From NCBI GenBank assembly GCA_965645245.1, contig OZ287069.1:2728001-2792000 (forward strand): a stretch of 64,000 bases of DNA. The letters are read 5' to 3'. The notes under the pieces are model-generated. The model worked only from the letters and a program-made list of their open reading frames with translations, did no database searches and had not been told where the DNA came from. Below are positions 59,101-64,000 of the stretch, in pieces. A program made the translations under genes and the position numbers. Origin of the DNA: Massalongia carnosa. Its lineage: Eukaryota. Position 1 is the first letter of the stretch, and the number at the start of each line of letters is the position of its first letter.

Positions 59101-61154
59101 TCGCTGTAGCATGAAAACTGCTCCATTTATCTGACTGTCAAGAAAGGAGACTTTGCAGTCTCCGATGAGGGTACAAACACTTCTGTCAAGCAGCTGTGCT
59201 TGACCGTGCTTCGAAATGAACTTCATGCCGAGTATTATCTTGCAGATAGCAATAGGTGGACCGGTCTGTGATGCGCTGCCTGTAAAGGCGTTTTGAATGT
59301 CGAAATATCGGTTGAGATCATGAACGGAATCGGGCTTTTCAAGACATGTTAGAGACAACTTCAAACTGATATGAGATTGAATAAATACCTCAGCTGAGAG
59401 AAGCGCGGTCTCGCTATCAGTTTGAGCTTGTTGTAGCTTCTCTCGCACCTTTTTATTAAGCTTCAAGATACTATTATCTTTCAAAGCCTTCGGCATCTGA
59501 CCGCAGACTTTGTCCAGTACATGATGTTGCCAGCGTAGCAGACCTTCTTCGGTAAAAACATCAAAGTTTTCATGATATAGAAGCATTTCCGAGCGTTGCG
59601 TTGAGTCAAAATATGACTGCGGAATGGATTTTTTTCGAGCAATCGTGGATCCATCAGACAAAAATTGCCGCAGTTTATTGTGCAAAGACGGCGAATAGGA
59701 TCCTTCCATTAAGCTAGGGTCCATGTTTTCCGTGTCATTTTGCATTGGCATAGTGTCCTCGAGCGCTTGTGAAGTTTGTGACATCTTCTCGAAAGCTTCA
59801 TCAATAGATCGAGTGCTCACTGGATCGATCACAGATCTCACAGCTACATCGTTGTCTTCCGTCACCTGAATGTCTTTCAGAATTGCCAAGAGTGGTCCGT
59901 CATGCTCATAGTCAAAGTCTTCATGTTCCTCAATGACATGCAGAGTATAAGAGAATATGAACTCGTCCACATCCTTTTTGGCAAGAAATTCCTGGACCTC
60001 CGACCAGGAAGCTGCAGTAGAGGGTTGATTTAAGTCGTAGATCAACAACCCTCGTATCGGTATGACTGTATTTCCTACAGTAAGACTCATTGTCAAGAAG
60101 TCTACACGAAGCTGTTCAAAGTGAAGTTGTCGGCGCAGAGTATCTCGCCACATCTCACCCGTTGGATATGCACGTGGATCTCGCTCTACTTGCACATTGC
60201 TCTCGGGAAGGCGTAAACCATTGAACATGCTTGTCAAGCTTTGAACTGAATTTGGTCTTCTGCTGACGATTCAGATACAATATGAAGGATTTTCGTATCA
60301 ATTCGGTTGGCTCGACAGAAGCAATAGTAATAGAAAGATCATCTTGCGGCTCCTCAGGCCGCATCCAAGAGGGTATCATGTCAGCAGAGATCAAAGCGGA
60401 TGCGTATGGTGAACTTTTTGCATTGACGAATGTTTCCCTCCACTTTGTTGGCGCGAGGACACATTGCAGAGACTTCAAAATTGAGTTGGTTCGGCTATAC
60501 CTTTCTAACTCGTCTTCTTTGAAATTTTGCAAGAGACCCAGTTTGGGATACTGTATGACAGTGTCGTTGAACGCGGGAATCTTGATATTTGGTATGTTCA
60601 AACTTATAATTTTTTCAAATCGGTTTGAAGCCGCTCTGTGTCTTTCAACATCATAAGATCTAGTAGACGAAACCTCATCAATGGCTTCTGCGAGTCGAAA
60701 AAGTATGGCGGCATATAGATAGTCCCTGCTATCATTGTTTTGACGCCTGTTGGCCCTATCATCCTGATCTGTAATAGGATATTTTGAAAGAAGCTGACCT
60801 AAGTCAGCTGGAAAAGCATCTGACAGGTCAGGAAGATCTCGAAGAAGCGCCAGAGGAGTTTTGACACTTCTCTGTTGGCAGTTTTGATGATATGGAATAT
60901 ACCATTCCAGTATAACACTACTGAACCGAAACTTCCTATATTCGGCGACATCGCTGTATCCTAAATAAGCGGCTGTCTTTGGTTCATTCTTGAAAAACTT
61001 GGCATGAGTGTCCAAGTTCTCATTTGTCATCTTTTTATCTATATCCTTCTTTACCGCTCTCCTCGTTTTTCTAGGCGTGATCGGGATCGCCTGAAAAAAG
61101 GTAAGTTAAAAGCTTTAGATGAAGATATTATGAGGAATAAACATTTTCTTCCAT
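56127..61154 (-). pseudogene. SNF2-family helicase-like gene with introns and several frameshifts
   Basis: GGIVVDTMGFGKT (motif I), LCIAPS (Ia), ILSSYDTF, LLDEGHKLRH (II), WFLTATPVIN (III), MIRRS, QGVNLD (V), EIQAWSRVIR (VI) and an acidic tail. Frameshifts near 60240, 58005 and 57846. Confidence 0.8.
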
Positions 61155-61496
61155 GATGTGGATAAGTAGAGGCTGAAATCTGTGATAATGCAATGTGAGA
61201 TGAGGTTGTATCTCAAAATCAAGTCAGACGATCATACCAGTTTAAGAACTGATGATCGAGAAGAGATCGATAGTAGTACTCAGATTAAGAAGGAATGAGC
61301 AATAGGATTGAAAGAACAAACCAATGACGGATGGGAAGAAAGATAAAGATGAGAAAAAAGGTAAAGATGGATGAAAAGGTAAAGATGAAAAAGGGTAGAT
61401 GAAGTGAAATGAAGATCAACATGATGTTTGAGGCTAGTAGCGAAAGTGTTGTCCTAAATTCACGCGACATCAGTTCAGTCGTCATGACGATTTTTC

Positions 61497-64000
61497 TTAC
61501 AAAAAGTTGATTCCCCATGTACAATGTAACAAATCCATGTCTGATTCTTTGTTACTGCTTGAACTTATGGTCGGCATAGTATGTGAGGATACTGGCTCAT
61601 TGAGTGTACGATTGATAGGAACAATGTAGATCTTATCTGGATCAACAAAGAATAACGGGATTATTCTATCCGTGTTTGTCAGTTGAAAGATGCTTAAATT
61701 TAGGACCTCGTATTTATAGGAAGCCGTCTCTAGCAGTCGAATCCAAAGGAACACTCGCTGAATATCCTCAAATGGTAGACAGTGAGTATAAATTTGTCGA
61801 AGCTGAGCATATGTGCCAGAGCGGATTCGAAGAAAGTCGCCAATATGCAATGAGAAACGTTTGCCGGTTGACCTGACAGTAAAGGAGCATTTTTCATACC
61901 AGTACAAAGGCTTGTTTCCCCATTGGACGCAGTTAAGGCCATACTCGATCATAGCAGTCTGCATCAGTTGCCTAAATCGGAGCTCTGTAGAGTTGGTTAT
62001 TCTGATAGGAAGACCTTGATTTTGTGCATAGGAAGGTTTGAGCTTTCCCCGCACTGCAGATTTTAGATATGAGGGAGATTCTAATAGACAAGTATTTGTC
62101 GACTCCTGATCGTCTGTTTGTGAGCGATCCCCGTGGAATAATAGACTCTCAAGAAGAGCCGGGCAGTTCCGCTTCAAACGAATCATTTGCAGAGTGATCT
62201 CCAAATCGGTATGACGAAACGAGCCATTCAAAAGAGCGACAACAGTGAAGAGGATAGCGGCTTTCACTAAAAGCTGTCGCTCTGGCTTTCGATGATTTGT
62301 TGACAATACAGCTTGCTTAAAAAAGCGATGTTTGTCTTCTCCAAAGAGTACATTAACGTTCCACAGAACACCATACTCCTGCATGACTCTTTCGAAATGT
62401 ATACCGATATGAAAGTTTGGCAGCTTATTGGCTTCGCCATTCCGAGCAGTCATTGACGCAGAAAGTCCCATGTTGGTATCTGATGCAAGATTATCAACGG
62501 ACGCCTCTTCAAATGAAGTGTCCGTGTCACCATCAAGGAAGTTTATGGATGTTTCAGAAATCGATGCTCGTCTAGAACTGGAAGACAACCCTTCAGTGAC
62601 AAAATCACTTTTCTCGTTGTCTTTCTTCTTTCCTTGTCCTTTTGGATTTTGTGCTGCATTCATCAGACCTAAAAAATATTGTCGAGCATTGATGATTTGA
62701 CTGTGAAATTCTTGACGATCTTTAAGGGATAACTCGAAAGACGAGATTAACGTGTTACTCCATGCGAGTTTCCCAAAGCAAAACACTATCAAATCTTCAT
62801 CTGAAGCGCAATGGCGACATTCTTTAGGAAACTGGATTTTTAATCCATTTCGAAAAGGCTGTCGTACATGATGGTTTCTTAACCAAGAGCGAAGAAGTAG
62901 AGGTATTACGACTGAGGCACGAGCGCATTCGCTCATACTCCATGAGGCCATATGTATAGCCGGAGACTGTATTCGACCCCAGCCAGGTGGAAACGGAAAA
63001 CAGTGCAAGGCAGCTGTAAACTCTTCAGCAGCCCGTTTCGTGAGTATTTTCGTGTAAAGAAGAGGGTACAATCTTCGTACCAGTCCGTAATACTCGCTAT
63101 GAGCCGGATCCGGTGGACAACTCATGATAAGATCAAGCGCCGGGGTTAATGTCTGAAGCGCAGAAGATTCGAATTTGAGCCCATTTCGTGTAAGATATGC
63201 CAGTCTCTTTGTCTTTCGTTTTATTGCTAGGCTTTTTTTTCGTATAGCCAACACCTCATGATGATAACGACCATGAAGTAGAATATCCCGCTGCAAATCT
63301 CCTCGATTATGAAGGCCCGCATCACAAAAGCGACAACAATAGTTGGCACGAGGCCCAAGAAACCCTCCGGAGGCTTGCTGCTGCTTCATATCACCAAGAT
63401 ATGCTAGAATCGGGGCCCAAGCCGCTTGTTTCTGTCCATTGATTTCAAGAATGCAACCACGATCCATGTTTCCCAAACTGGTATGAAGACAGTTCATCAC
63501 ATCGTTAAAATCAGATCCGTGCGGGCCAAGAGCAATGGTGTAAGCATTAAAACTCTTTTGACGTTCCGAGGCGGGCAAGCCTGCTGGCATGGCATAAACA
63601 CCTGTGATGGAACGATACATGTTTCGATATAACCCGAAATCGTCGATGAAAATGACTAGAGGATATGACTGAACTCCTTTAATTAGCTGTGAGATTAGGT
63701 ACTCTCGACCAAAGACCTCCAATTCTAATTCCGCTCGAATCGGTGATGAAAGATTGATTGATCTAAGATCTCCTCGCGTGACATTGAATATCTGACGAAT
63801 TAAGACAGGCGTTGTAGACCGTAACTGATCATCCCTACAAACTGCAACATCGAAACGGCGAGCTAGAACATGCTCGGATAAGACATCTTGATCCGCGTCT
63901 TCTATCAAAAGCAACTGATCTTCGGGCCAGTCAAACGTGACTGGAACTGAATATTCGTCGACGTTCTTTCTACTTATCAAAGGACGAACCCTGACAAGAG
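61497..64000 (-). CDS. Putative DDE transposase of CMC (EnSpm/CACTA)/Plavaka type; N-terminus lies beyond the window
   Basis: Frame is open to the window edge. Ordered motifs FIDDFGLYRN, LGDMKQQ, CCRFC, PPDPAHSE, LPNFH...H and GEDKHRFFK resemble the CMC D-D-CxxC-H-E layout; possible BAH-like C-terminus. Confidence 0.6.
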   Translation of the reverse strand, partial: LVRVRPLISRKNVDEYSVPVTFDWPEDQLLLIEDADQDVLSEHVLARRFDVAVCRDDQLRSTTPVLIRQIFNVTRGDLRSINLSSPIRAELELEVFGREYLISQLIKGVQSYPLVIFIDDFGLYRNMYRSITGVYAMPAGLPASERQKSFNAYTIALGPHGSDFNDVMNCLHTSLGNMDRGCILEINGQKQAAWAPILAYLGDMKQQQASGGFLGPRANYCCRFCDAGLHNRGDLQRDILLHGRYHHEVLAIRKKSLAIKRKTKRLAYLTRNGLKFESSALQTLTPALDLIMSCPPDPAHSEYYGLVRRLYPLLYTKILTKRAAEEFTAALHCFPFPPGWGRIQSPAIHMASWSMSECARASVVIPLLLRSWLRNHHVRQPFRNGLKIQFPKECRHCASDEDLIVFCFGKLAWSNTLISSFELSLKDRQEFHSQIINARQYFLGLMNAAQNPKGQGKKKDNEKSDFVTEGLSSSSRRASISETSINFLDGDTDTSFEEASVDNLASDTNMGLSASMTARNGEANKLPNFHIGIHFERVMQEYGVLWNVNVLFGEDKHRFFKQAVLSTNHRKPERQLLVKAAILFTVVALLNGSFRHTDLEITLQMIRLKRNCPALLESLLFHGDRSQTDDQESTNTCLLESPSYLKSAVRGKLKPSYAQNQGLPIRITNSTELRFRQLMQTAMIEYGLNCVQWGNKPLYWYEKCSFTVRSTGKRFSLHIGDFLRIRSGTYAQLRQIYTHCLPFEDIQRVFLWIRLLETASYKYEVLNLSIFQLTNTDRIIPLFFVDPDKIYIVPINRTLNEPVSSHTMPTISSSSNKESDMDLLHCTWGINFL

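Larger units (their letters stand above)
55069..64000 (-). mobile_element. Putative large DNA transposon region (CMC/Plavaka-like transposase + SNF2-like helicase), running off the window; left boundary tentative
   Basis: Housekeeping genes stop abruptly and two co-oriented TE-type genes follow. Candidate terminus TTAA|GGGCGG at 55065-55074, followed by repeated CGGACATG. Confidence 0.45.

Overview
Eukaryotic genomic DNA from a filamentous ascomycete (Pezizomycotina-type genes with short introns and CTRAC branch points). The gene-dense backbone holds cdc25/nimT phosphatase, an unknown ORF, Pol5, pyroglutamyl peptidase I, a 649-aa Ser/Pro-rich protein, Bub1, Apn1, Lsm12, a TPT-family nucleotide-sugar transporter, 6-phosphogluconate dehydrogenase, an RBM42-like RRM protein, cullin-3, Zim17 and Utp20. 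Three mobile-DNA zones interrupt it. (1) 10.0-19.1 kb: a BTB pseudogene, a 5'-truncated Tad1-like LINE, and a TIR-bounded element (12550-19057) that encodes only a degenerate RecQ-like helicase, into which a second Tad1-like LINE inserted in frame. (2) 30.8-32.1 kb: a Tc1/IS630-type DDE transposon with 46-bp TIRs but a 5-bp (not TA) target duplication, lying between the divergent BUB1 and APN1 genes. (3) About 55.1 kb to the window end: a putative large element with a CMC/Plavaka-like DDE transposase ORF and a frameshifted SNF2-like helicase. Other points of interest are in-frame alternative 3' splice sites in GND1 intron 1, an obligatory GC-AG intron in ZIM17 and an ACGCGT (MCB) cluster. Exon boundaries were read by eye and family assignments come from motif recognition; no database searches were run.
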